From: Antedon mediterranea
Lineage: Eukaryota > Animalia > Echinodermata
Assembly: GCF_964355755.1 (NCBI RefSeq)
Contig: NC_092677.1
Coordinates: 18,994,101 to 19,058,100 of the forward strand
Direction: 5' to 3'
Length of the DNA stretch: 64,000 bases
The translations under genes and the position numbers were made by a program. This document shows positions 42,101 to 55,897 of the stretch, piece after piece; within the stretch, counting starts at the first letter, position 1; each line of letters starts with the position of its first letter. The notes under the pieces are model-generated. The model had not been told where the DNA came from, made no database searches, and saw nothing but the letters and a program-made list of their open reading frames with translations.

Positions 42101-45100
42101 TAACAATAAATTAAATTGCAAAATTAAAACTTGCGAAATGGGTAAATTTATGTAATAGACATGTTTGTATTGTTTAGTAATAGTATTAATTAGATGTTTT
42201 AAAGAGGACAATGAACTCAAATCTTGAGTTGTTTGTTGGTTAATTGGAATAAAATTAAAGAAACTAAACACTTAGCTTTCCTGAATTGCAAAGATGGTTT
42301 ATTTAATAAAGGATTAAAGTGGGAGCTGCATTCCTGTCAGTATGTACGTTTCTATGCGGTGTTCTGATGCGTGTTATTGTTACCTTTACATGCTGCTAGT
42401 TTACAACATTAGCTAGCATGAAGACTTTTGGGAGAATCTGAGTGTTACTATGCAGTTGTTGTTATGATGCTTTCAATCAAGGCATACCGTGTGTTAATGT
42501 GTTTCTACAGTTTGTTGCTATGCTGGCTCTTTTACATGTTGTACAGTACATTACAGTATTATAGATCAAGGATTAATTGTAAATAATACAATTTTCAAAT
42601 TCAGTTTTGAAAAAAAATCTTTTGAAATGCTTGATATTGTTTGCAATAATAAATGAATAGTTTTTTTTTTATTTCCACTAAAAAGTAAATTTTGACATAC
42701 TGCAAAGTCTACTTTCCTTCACTCTCATTTTGATGCTTTCACTGAAGGCAATTGCCTTTACATTGTAACTACAGTAGCACAGGTATACAGTAGATTGCAA
42801 GAAAATATTGTAAGGGCTGTTTCATTCAGGAACCCAGCATGAGTGGTCTGTGGCTCATATATTTATTCAGCCAGTCCTACACACTTTTCAACACCAGGAT
42901 CCGAACCCCCCTTGTCCTCTCCTGTCTTCTTGAGACGCCATCTAACCACCTTGTCCTCTCCTGCCTTCTTGAGACGCCATCTAAAACCTACGCTACATTA
43001 TATTTAGTTTATTCTTGCTATAGTGTGCTATTTTTATTATTTTTATCATGATTTCCAGAGAAAGAAAATCAAAAGTTGAAGATATAAAGAAGAATATTCG
43101 AGATGCAATTTTGGTAAGTGAATATTATAATTATTTTACTAAATTTGGTATACAGTGTGTGAAAATTGTAAATAATAATTTTTTTATTTATGTTTTTTAT
43201 ACATTCTTGTAAAAATAACTTTATAATTTGTTTTAATTTTATTTAGAATTATTCTATATTTATTTTTAGATAATTAGAAAGACTAAAATGTTTACCCCTT
43301 TGTTGCAGTTCTCTTTGCATTTTAAACTGATATTTTTTTATGGTGGATTTACTAAACCAAGTGTTCAAACAACATACACATGATCATATGATAAATATAG
43401 CTAACTTTCTCATCAATAAATTAGATGAATTTGCTCAGAAATTGAGCAAAATGTAGTACTAGTAGTGAAAATATACTTTGCCAAAATGTTCACTACTACT
43501 ACTACTTACCCAGCTGAGAAAACGATAAGTACTATTACAGACTATTACCAATTGAAATTGCCAGCGTTATCATGTAAACAACCAAAATAGAAGTCGTCAC
43601 TACTCAAAACAATTTCATTTTGCCAAGTAATAAAATCAATAAATATTATTTGTTGCAGACTGTGACAGGAGCAATGAGTACGCTCACGCCACCTATACAG
43701 CTAGCCAACCCTAAAAACCAATTTCGATTGGATTACATTCAGGATGTTTCAAGTGCACCAGATTTTGACTACCCAGATGTAAGTAAAAGTTTGTGCACAA
43801 GAATAAGCATTCAAGGTTTGATAATGATGTACTGTATGATGTTCTGTGCTACAAATACCAGGACTTGCCATGCCTTTATTACCCAAACTACAACATCACG
43901 ATAAGTTATATTGACCTCACAGACCATGACTATGAATTCTAGAAAAGTCCACATAATCCAATCCAAAGAACAATAAAAGTATTGTCTCTAAGATATGCTA
44001 TTGCGGTTCAAATCATAGTATTAATATTTATCACAATATTTGTTTTAATTTTTAGCCTCCCAAGTGAAGGTTCATTTGTACTAGGATAACAATATTCCGG
44101 AACTGTACAATATTATTATTCATACATCTAAGATAGGCAGACCCAGTGCAAAAACTGTTGTGCTTTATAATATTTTTGTCCATATTATTATTAATTAAAT
44201 CATTAAATTGCCACTAAGAGAACTTACAACGTGATACTTGCTTGGCAAATCCTTTGCCCAATAAACCACTAATTGTCTTGTGATGTTTTCATTTGAAGCT
44301 AGCTAGCCGGGTGTAAAACAATTATTCCATGTACTGTAGTAAAAAATACCACCGCCTCAAACCTTGTGTTTGTTGCAGAGCAGAGACGTTCCTTGGTCGA
44401 GATAAAAATACATTGGTATAGTAATTAATTATAAGGGTGTTTACTATTTAAGAACATTAAACAGATGCCTCTATAGTATCACTGTTTTAGTCAAAATGCT
44501 TATTGACATGTCCACTCTTTTAAGAACATTAAACCTGTGCCTCAACTGTTTATTCAAAATAGTTAACCCCTAAATTGGCAATCGCATACTGTATTCTGTA
44601 ATCGCTTGACTGATTTGCTACACAGTGTGGCTATTTATTCGACAGGGTAGTTTTTGACTCAGGTCAAGCCAAAGAATACAATAGAGTAGGCAAATGATGG
44701 CATACCCTAAAGATTGTCTTTTTATTATTCACCAGCTTAGCATTGAACAAATCTAGATTGCTGTACTATAGCATTTTCAATCTTTGTATGGGAAAATGTC
44801 ATGTACAGCACGCGATATGAAATCAAACAGCAAGAATACACACACTTATGTGTTTTAAAATATTTCAATTTATACACTATAGATTTTGATATGAATGCTA
44901 ATATTAATAATAGTATTTTAAAAGCTTCCTGTGAAGAATTTATCTGTTCATTGAGATTTGTCAAAAGGAATGCATTGTAATACGTAGAATTGATAACAAA
45001 ACTATTCATTTTTAAATGAATTATAAAGAGGTTTTCATAGTTTAAAATATTTCTAGAGAATGATAAGGCTGACTAGGTTGATTTTATAACAAAGCTTTAT

Positions 45101-48100
45101 TACAAATATTACAAATTTGGTATCATATCATTTTCTTTTGCCACAAATGTTTTAAAGTTAAAAAAAATCTTTAACCAAATTAAAAAATGCTGAAATTATG
45201 AAAATAAAATTGTTTACATGATTGCTAATGCTATGCCTTTGAGATTTAAATATTATTTTAGATTTATATAGTTTTGTACATAAATTAAAATATTAAAATT
45301 AAATTAATACTAAGTGAAAAGCTGGGCCCTAACTAATCAGCTGGTGCCTCTTCCACATTCTGGTCTCTCTTACCATGAAGAAATTCCTCATTAATCATCT
45401 TAAATTCCGTAGATGTTCGAACCCAATCTGAGAGTCACTCAAACCTGAGGATTACCCGTTACGCCACAAAGTAGTACTGACTGAACATGCATGTTGGGAT
45501 TTATAGCGAGCCGCTAAAACTATTAGAATCGACTTAATTTTCACATTTTTAACCGTTTAAAAGACGAAAACAATTATCGCAATAGGTCCATATGGTACTT
45601 ATTTACATAATATTAAAATGTAGTGTGTGACCTTAAATTAGGTAAAAAACGTAGGTCTAGTGTCTTTAAGTAAATGTTATTAAACTTTTATACTTGCTTG
45701 GTGAATCTTTTGGTCATTAAATCATTTAAGTTGTAATGTGTCTTGAAGTTAATTATTCAAACTTTTCAGCAAAAAATCATTGCATTGTGCATGTGAAACA
45801 TGCTCTTTGGTAGATCCAGCTATTAAACATATATTGGTAGAGTCCATTAATAATAACTGGGAGTATTTAATATTTAAGAATTACTGTAAACATGTCCTTA
45901 AACCACTGTGTAGTCAAAACGTTTATTCAGTTGCAAGCCTAAATTGACAATTCGCATTTTGTAACCATGGTGCTGGTTTGAGGCCCTGTTTTGACACCGA
46001 GTGAAGGCAAAATGTATTCGCTATTTAATTTGGCAAAGAGGATATTTTTTGCAAATTGGTTCTCCTACCTACAGTAAAATGCAAGCGTAGCATGTAAATG
46101 CTTTTCTTTTTTGTGACCGATCTACAGTAATATACCCTTTGCCATGTAACTTTTTTAGAAGAGTTATTTTTAACATTGGCAAATGTTGATTAATTATTTC
46201 TATCTATCCAAACTTGTTTAAATTTTTCATGGTAGAAACAGGAAATTGTCTTAAAAACCTTATATAAAATTTAGATTTTAAATTAATCAACAAGTTTTAT
46301 TTTAATTTAAATTATATTATAGGTAAAACATAAGTTGTTTAGTTGTATTGTTTGCTTCTTTTTTCCCCGTCCCGCTACAAAATTTGGATTGCCAACTTTC
46401 ATGTGCATTAAGGCAAAGCCGTAAAAATGTACTGTAAACTATCAGTAGGAACTCTAGGAAATGTTAGAAAAAAAAACGAAACATTGAAACCAAAATTTAA
46501 AAAAAATTAATTTTTTACAGTGTTCAATTTGGATTCTTATTAATTTTCTTTACAAAGGTCAATCCTACTATAGCCCACCTATCCTTGCCCACCTATCCTA
46601 GCCCACCTATCCTAGCATCATCTCAGTCTAAACATTCTATAGCCAACATAACCAAGTCAAAAGGTCTGGTTTACAAATTACACTGTATACTAAACTTACA
46701 TATTTAACACTATTCATTGCAAACTAAAATAAAAGAATGTGTGAAAAAAGGGGATCAGTGATAATGTTATTAGCTTTTTTAGTGTGAATGTTGCCACCGA
46801 CATACAAAGCTGAATAATATTAAAAATACCATCAAGACAACCCTTATGATATAACGGCTATAAAACGATGTTCAGCCATATTATCTACTGTAGCCACTAT
46901 TATTACAAGCCACAGAATAACTGATTTAGGGTATGTTCAGACTCACGGAGTTACGGTGGAGTTATGTAAGCGGCGTACATATTTTTGTGCCTGAACCATG
47001 CCGCGGATTAGCGTTAAGAAGCTGTTGCTCCGCGCCAGTGGCGTTAATAACTCTAGCGGGAGGGTAGATTTCATAACGCTAATCCAGTGATGCATCAGTG
47101 ATTTTAACCTTAACCAATGAAAATACACGACCACGATTAGCAGACAGCAACTACATACCCGTACCCTATGATACGACAGTGAAATAGCTATGTCAAATGT
47201 ATTTTCAGGTTCAGATTTTAAAGAACAGTAAAGTTGGCGTCAGTAATATGATATTTTCATAAATTAAATCAATTAATCAGATAATTGTCCGTGTAACAAT
47301 TACGTTTTAAATTATTTTGCATTAAAATGCAATTCTACAAGTAGTAAGAACAAATCAGTATATTTGAAGGTAAACATTATATAAATAAAAATTAAAAAAA
47401 CAATGTAAACGATGTAAACTTTCATGCATTGTCATGAATGTATACACATATAGTTCTATCTGATTTGACCTGATCAGAGTGTTTTAAACGCAAGGCATTG
47501 GAATTTTGATCGTTGTGTCTGAACACTTTGGCTTTTAACGCCACGGATTACCGTACGCCTTGCGTAGATAACTCCACCGTAACTCTGTGAGTCTGAACAT
47601 ACCCTTAATTAGTCAATTCAATGTGCTAGCTATTCAGACCATTGGAAAGGTCACTATGCTACCACTTCATCTATTGACCTCTATCCTAACTAAATGAAAA
47701 TCTATTTTTAGAAACTTTATATAGTAGTCATGGAAACACAATCTACACATTATGCTCTGCCCATACTGTGGAGAGAGTAAAATGCTAATAAATGATGCTA
47801 TTAGCAGCTCACTGTGCATAATTTTCATTTATTCAAATAGTCATTTATTAACCAAAATTAAAACTTTCTTCATTCTTTTATATAATGTTGTTTAAGTGCT
47901 GTGTTATCCTCTGACATTTCATATAAAATATTTTAATTATTTGGCAATTGTGCAAATTAAGGCTTGGAAGCAAGCAAAACCCAGTTTTGGTAGTTTGAAA
48001 TCAATCCGGCTGTAGCCTGATTTTTACTCAAAATACAACATTATTATCCGGAGAGGGAGAGAGTAGATTAGTTTAGTTAAAATGAAATATTTGTACCATT

Positions 48101-48542
48101 AAGAGTAAGACTGTCTTGATTGTATTCTCCTATAAAGAACTTGAACATGGTTATTGTTCTAAGGGATCAGTTTTTTAGATGGACCACCCTCATAAAATAT
48201 ATTTGACATGAATAAAGGATAATGTAGCGGCAAAGTCAAGCTTTTGCCTTTTTCAGCCATTTTGATGATTTTTATGCATTATTACTTGAATGATTTAGAG
48301 AAAGTGTCATGGTACTTTGACCCTGGCCTCAGAGTGCTGTATGACAACATTGAAATTGTAAAGTTAATTAAAAGATGTTTTTCTATATTGGGACAGGTAC
48401 AGTATTTCAGTAGCTATTGAAATATACAATGATTTTTCTTCTAGGAATTCTGGGAACATACAATTGCATTGTGGGAAGATAAAGGTGTTCAGATGTGCTA
48501 TGACCGATCAAATGAGTATCAACTTATAGATAGCGCAAAGTA
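39185..48542 (+). CDS. GNAS: Guanine nucleotide-binding protein G(s) alpha subunit, 5' part (5 exons; gene continues beyond the window)
   Basis: Exons 39185-39323, 41047-41119, 43059-43113, 43659-43778, 48445-48542 (139/73/55/120/98 bp, GT-AG, in phase): [82 protein letters not shown]. Confidence 0.96.
46929..47604. mobile_element. PIF/Harbinger-type MITE in a GNAS intron
   Basis: About 37-bp TIRs GGGTATGTTCAGACTCAC(G/A)GAGTTACGGTGGAGTTAT with a TTA TSD (46926-46928, 47605-47607). Confidence 0.88.
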
Positions 48543-49516
48543 GTAAGTATTGCACATTTAGTCATATTTATGGTGTAAAATATGCTGGGTCAGATTACCA
48601 CCAATTCATTTGAGATTTTCAGTTCTGATTTTAAAATCAATTTAACAATAATCAAATTATTAATGATAAACAAATTTTATATTTTAAATTCATTTTGTAT
48701 ATAATTTGGGTTTTGTTATTACACAAATAAAGATGTACAGTAGTCTTTAATTGGAAGGAGTTCTCAATTGGAGGTTTTTTTCATCCAGGGTTCACATTTC
48801 ATTAAAAAAAAGCTGCTGTTGAATTATGTGTTTACCATAATTATTTATTACTCTTTGAAGTAAGTTATATTAATTTAACTATAATTTGATGAAAATAGTG
48901 TCAATGTCAAGATGATTACAAATGAATTTTGTTGGAAAATAACATGAATGTAAATCTATATCATCCCCAACTGAATTATTATCTATTACTACCAAAATAT
49001 TAGGAGCAGTAGGCATGCTCATCTACCTCAGAACTAGGAAATACTGTAGCCATGACAACCATGCAAACAAATAATGTGATAACTGACACTGCTCTTTTTT
49101 ATTTGTGATGAAATTGTATGATAAAAATAATTTTTAACGAAGCGAAAATAATACCTTATTCCAATACCCATTTATTGATTAGGTTAGAACATACAGTCAA
49201 TTTACCAACACAAACATTTCTGATATAACTGCATGCCAAAGTTGCATGCGCTAGAGAAAGGTACTGTACTGATGCTTGCTACAATTGTACCAGTTGGTAA
49301 TACTGTACATTACTTTTGATTGTTTATGCTATTTTACGAAGATAAGCAAATTGGACGTCGGAAGATATACGAGGTGTTAAAATAATTTATATAGTGTACG
49401 AATGAGATTTCAAACAGCAAAATGTTGTTACTAAGAAAGTAATAGGCCTCTCCTATGATAATTGAAACCCTACCACACGGAAATATTTAACAATACATTG
49501 TGGGTTTGCCTACATC

Positions 49517-49794
49517 GGGACTTCAATGGGAGGAGCGGGTAGGGACTTTAATGGGAGGAGCGGGTAGGGACTTCAATGGGAGGAGCGGGTAGGGACTTCA
49601 ATGGGAGGAGCGGGTAGGGAGTCCAATGGGAGGAGCGGGTAGGGACTCCAATGGGAGGAACGGGTAGGGACTCCAATGGGAGGAGCGGGTAGGGACTCCA
49701 ATGGGAGGAGCGGGTAGGGACTCCAATGGGAGGAGCGGGTAGGGACTTCAATGGGAGGAGCGGGTAGGGACTTCAATGGGAGGAGCGGGTAGGG
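49517..49794. repeat. 25-bp G-rich minisatellite in a GNAS intron
   Basis: About 11 copies of GGGACT(T/C)CAATGGGAGGAGCGGGTA. Confidence 0.96.
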
Positions 49795-52700
49795 TGAGGT
49801 TATACTTTGTATATTGCATAAACAATAGGACAGTATCTGAAATCTTTCAAATGGAATACAGTATTTGTAAGTAGATTTCAATGTTTTTTTGGGGGGTCTA
49901 AAGTGTAAAACTAGTTCAGAATGGAAAAGTAGTGCAAATAGCTTATTTTCTATTAAGCGATGGATCATTTATGAGCTCTTATTGACATTTTTGAACATCA
50001 CAAATATTTAGATAAAAAACTTGCTATGCTATGTTTTTGATTCGCGCCTTATGGTAAACGTGTTATATAAGTAAAGTATTGTGATCTACTGAAAACACAC
50101 ATTTCTAGTTTGTTGTTGCGTACTGTGTATTGTACAGTACAGAAAGTGAATATAAACCCATAAAAAATGAGGCAGTATGATTGTTCATTTGGTAGTAGTA
50201 GGTATAGTTATTAATGTAGAATGTATGCCTTGGGCATAGGGAATTAGTAATGCAGGTTATTGCATGGTATTAGTTAGATCACTCCTAGTACTCGGCTATC
50301 CTTACTAGATTCTCGGAAATCACATGCTGTGTTGGTCTAGGGTTAGCCTAGGCCTTCCAGCTTCATTTGGACAGGTGAATGGTTACCTTTTGTACTGCAC
50401 TCATCTCTGTGTTTAAATACCAGGAGTGGATAGTTTCTTTAAAGATGTATTGTCCCCCTGAAAAAACAATTCTTAAACAATTTTTTGTTTAATATTCCAT
50501 TTCCAACATAATAGTTATCCACTTTGACCAAAAATTGGATTAAATAAATGTATTACCTGAAAAAAATGTAATTCAAAGCAAAAAAATGGTCAAATTGGCT
50601 GCCAGCCAGCCAATGGATTTTTGGTTGAATTTAACCATTTATTTTGTCATTTTACAAGTTTCTATGGAAGTGATTAAATTTATTAAAACTACAAAATAAC
50701 ACATTCAAAGTATGATTTAATTAATCTTCATTTTTCATGTTTTAAGCTTTAAGATAGAGATTAACAATCTTATCCATGTTGATTATTAAATGTTTAGTAT
50801 CCAAAGCAAAGTATAGACTATAAACAAACTAAAATGTCAGTATAAAATCTTCTTTATACAGTACTATTTGTTTATACAGTACTATTTGTTTATACAGTAC
50901 TATTTGTTTTCATGAAAAATTATTTTAAAATAATGTTTCATTTGAAGCTAGAAATAGCTTAATATCAATGCGATAATATTTGGTAATAAGTTGCATATTT
51001 TAAAAGTATTTTGCAAATTAATAGTAATTTTAATATCCAGTATAAAACAAATTATAACATACTACTAATGAATGAACATAATTTTAATAATTTGGTTATA
51101 AAGATCAATATTATATTTCTTCTGTTACCATTTCATCAAATTATTCTCGATGTTTCTAGGCATTTTGTTGAAATGCAATTTTCTAATTATTTCTTCATAA
51201 CCATGACTACAGTGATAGAGCTGTAATTTAGATGGACATTTATCACTAAACATTTGTTTATTCTGCTAGACTACAGTATCTGATACCAAATTGCATACAT
51301 ATTGTATTATGTGGCCTAAATTCTGTAGAAACAATAGCAAGATTTCATATTATTTATACATTAACACAGAAATCCTTTGGATTTATGTAACAATATATTA
51401 CTATTATTTTTTATTGATGGTGACAATTGGTTTTCCTTTTTGGATCATTGATTATTAATATTAAGTGGTTTTTTTTTGTGGTAGGCAAGCACTTTGAATT
51501 AAGAAAAAGAATATTATACAATACATTATAAATCCCTATATTTCTAACCTGGTAGTATGAATATTATATAATTACAGTACGTAAGAATATAAATATTTAC
51601 AGGCATTACTTTAAAAACATTTAACCAGTCATTTCATGTCTTGAATGAAAAAAAAAGCAGCCCCCCCCCTCCCCCACCACCCAATTGGGATTCAACAAAC
51701 CTTGGAACGTTTTGCTTGATAATGATATGCAAAAATAATCAGTAAAACTATATTTTGTAGACTCACTTTGACAATATGCTATAGTTGTGTAGGTTTTCTG
51801 GTAAACAGCAGTACATACTCAATTTCATACCATGGATAAAAGCCTAGCCTAGCTAGGCTCTGTGTGTACTGTAGGTCTGCTGGTAAACAGCGGTAACATA
51901 CATATCATACCACGACTAAAAGCCTAGCCTAGCTAAAGTCAAATTTTGTTATTTAGCCAAATGAATCAGTCCCAGCTACTGTTATAATTTAAAAAAATAT
52001 TAATTTTCGTTGTATTTTAGACCAACTGTTTCAAATTGTTTTTAATCATACAGTTTATATCAATATAAATTTTAAAATCTCCAAAACGCTATGTTATTTT
52101 TGTTTTTTTAAGCATGGCTGGTCATGTGTGGCTGACCACGCGAAAATCGTGTCCTAAGACACCCGCGCAGCGGGTGAATATTTATTAATTGGGTAAGCCC
52201 AAGAGGTGCGAAAGTAAAAACATTGAGGAAAATGAAGACACGTATGGTTGTTGAATGTACAGATTTTAATATACTGTAGGCCACATCACCCCTTACATTT
52301 CCCACCATTATGGCCACGCCGAAGCATTTCCATCGTGAAGGGAAATTGCCATCCAGATTTTACACCAACAACACATAAGCCGGCGGGCGGCCCTGCTGTA
52401 TATACAGTAGTCCCGCATTTAATGCATGTGTGTATGTTTAGCTAATTCCCTGTTAGACTACCAGTTCCCGAATGTTGTTTTGTTTACGCACTGTACGCAC
52501 GAGAAAAGTTTATTAAGAAGGGTCAAATATGAAACTACATTAAATAGGCAGCGTCTAAAATGCATAACGCATAAATATTTGGTTTCGATAAAGATTAAGA
52601 TAACGTTCATCGAAAAGACTATATTGTTTCTTTTTAATCTAAAATACACTCCTAATCCTATCGAAAAATAGCCAATCCTGGTAAATAGCCGACCGTCGGA

Positions 52701-55700
52701 TGTCATTTTGTGAAGCGCACAGCATGTGATAGTCTAGGTAGACTTCATCATCCATGTGTTGTGTAATGTCTGTTTCTCAGTGCAGTCTACCTCTGCTAAC
52801 TCCATCATATTGAAATAATGAAACGCCTGGTAAAACAAGACAAAATGGAGCTTGAATTAAACAAGATAACAAACAAAATAAAAGCTTGGATATCGACAAG
52901 TAGACCTTTTAGTTGGACTTTATGCTTTCAACAAAATGATGATTTGATTATCTATTTTATCTTGTCATCGCCAAAATGGCTAGAGCAGCCGTTTTATTTT
53001 TCGCCAATCTGGAAACGTTTTGGCGATTGACCAGTGCAAGCCCCAGGGTATTTATAATTTTTTTTAATACAATTTGTGACCTTAAATTAGATTTACAAAA
53101 ATGTAGGGATAGTGTCTTTAAACAGTCTATAAATAAATAATAACTTTACTATGGTAACCTATGACCTGTTACCTGCTTACCATTTGTGGGTAGTGTACAT
53201 GCTATTAATAGATTACTGTTCTATTTTTGGTTGTATACACTATTTGCTATCTTATTTTAAATGTCATGTCATCAGCTAGTCCTATAAATAGAATGTTATT
53301 GAATATGTTGGACTTGGCCAACCAGTATGACCTATGACATTTTGCATGCTTTATTGAGTTGTCACATGCATGCTGAATATTTCTGTATGTAGTATTGAAA
53401 ATGCTTTAGTACCAGTCGACCTTCCCATTTATACCACCCTTGTTCTGAATGCATTCAGTAAAACCCCTCAATTACAGTACATACTGCACAGGCCTGCTGT
53501 TGTTCGTAATTCAAAATATTCGTAAAATTGAGGTTACATAGATTTAAACTACACTATATCCCATAAGGCCTAAAAACAGCCATAAAGTCATTAATGATGT
53601 GGTTCTATAAAAATATGACGAAACATGTCTGACATTAAAAGTTTTTATGTTGCTATCAAATTTGTGTTAATTTTACTTTCTGTTCGTAAGTTTGGCCACA
53701 TCATTAATGACTTTGCCTCGACTAGTACAGTAACCAAGCAGGACCTTAGACAGTTTAAGAAACTTAACAAGAAGGTCGCAAAAGCAGACGCGGATATATT
53801 TCTTAAAGAATATATTTAATGTACGTATTTCATCATGATGTCATAAATTTGCATTCTTAAAATTGAGAATTTGTTAAATTGAGGTTTGTATTGAGGGTTT
53901 TTACTTGAAATGAAAATGTTTGTAAATGAGAAATTAAAATTAAGAAGAAAACCAATACAACAAACCTTTTTCATACCCGGTTCCTACCATGTCTATATAT
54001 AGTATTGCCTTAATAAGAAAGTAAGGGTCATATCAGCTATTAGGCTTGTCGATCGACCCAATACCATCAAGCAAGTATCATACTTGAAAATATAATTATT
54101 TTATTTCAATAACTAATATTGTGTAAACAAGTTAAAAAACCTGATTGGAAAAAATGTAGCAATGATATCCTTAAACACTATTGTAATAGAATGTATGAGA
54201 AGTGTCTAATTATGAGAAGGTTGATCACCAAAAATGCTAATAGAATTCTCTAAATATAGTTCTTGATATAATGAAGAGATATGGCAGATACTATAAGCCC
54301 ATTTTTAGTAGTAATAAGCTTTCCCAGCAGAACACAAAATAAGAAAATTGGAACAAAATCGCATGCTATCTATTAGGTAAATTTAGTAAAAATTTGTTAT
54401 AGTAGGACTATACAGTAAGTTGTCACTGTCCATAAGTTCACCTAACCTCTTTCCCATTTCTCTCTTTCCCATTTCTCTCTTTCCCATTTCTCCCTCTCCC
54501 CCTCCCCAAAAAAATCCTTATAATTTTGGTCCTAGATTGTTTCTGATGTATTTAATATAATTTTGACTCTTAATAATAATTCTTGTCATTAATATTATCA
54601 AGCATGACAGAAAGGTCTTAAAAATAGTGAATTTATCGATAAGGGTACAGAGCGAGGGTGTGGGATCTAGACAACTCTTGCAGACTATAGATTAGACAAT
54701 CCTGTTCTCTGTAACAACACATGATTTAAATGTGTAGTCCTGTGGCTGGGGAAATTGAAGTCCCTAGATATATTGTGATAGCTTTAATCCATATTAAGCT
54801 TTTCTCTGAGGGATTTTGACAATTCCTGAAAGAGCTTATCAGCAACCATTCAAACTAAATTAAATTGTATATTATTTTCTTTGATTAATTCAGGGCTGTT
54901 TATATTTCAATATTACATTTCAATTTTAACAAATGTTATCAGTTAAACCCCAAAACTATTAAAAAAATGTTATTGTTTGTACTGTAAATCAGTACTATGC
55001 AATGTTTACTTAGACCACTGTACTGTAGAAGGAACAAAAGTTGTGTTAATTTAATATTTAGGCAAGCAGTAGGTAAGGATTGTGGGGATAACAGTATGAT
55101 AAAGACAGGTTAATATAATGCAAACAGACGTAGATCATGCATTATTTTGAAGAGCCTAATAATATAATATTTAAAATGGGTCAGCGGGTCAGCAGGTCAT
55201 AGCACAGAGACAATGCTAAGCTTTGATATTACAGTTTAAACTAGGCTTGAATTACTATTGCATTGAATAGGCTAGTATAAATTTGTATTTAAGCTTATAA
55301 ATTAGTTTAGATTTGTTTTGTACCAGTTGACAGTAACACTATTGACGCATCGTGCTATAAATAGCTCCTGCGCTAAATTTAGACAAAACAGGAAGACACC
55401 CAGCCTTGCTGGGTCACCTTGTACAAAGGGATTTCATTCAGGTCATTATCGTTAACAAGCGTTTAATGAAAAGACAAAGGCAAGGTGGATTAGTTCTGGG
55501 TTCCAATGATTTTCGAGCACCTGAGTCATGCTTACACATTTAAATTTGCTGTGCTAATTATTTCATTACCATACTGTAGAGAATTAAGGTATATAATTCT
55601 ACTATTCAAGAAAATATTTGAACCTTAGTATGGAAATTTTTTTAATTTTTAGTTTCAATTTTTTAACCTATAAATACTTGTTTGTACAGTATTCATAGAC

Positions 55701-55897
55701 TGGTTCTAGGCTTTAAGCTTTATTCTAAACTTGCTTCCCATGAACATCATACATTTATAATTAAATACTGTATGCTTGTTAACAGTATTGACACACACAC
55801 ACTTTATCATGGCCACCAAAATGCTCTGATAATGTTGCCACTTATGGAATACATGGCCTAAACTTATTTTATAATATTTTGATAAACTATAATAATA

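Noticed and set aside
49548-49968. Pro-rich ORFs on the minus strand
   Set aside because: Translation of the 25-bp minisatellite.
52330-52380. PDFTPT peptide as the missing GNAS exon
   Set aside because: No FLD motif and no suitable splice sites of the required phase.
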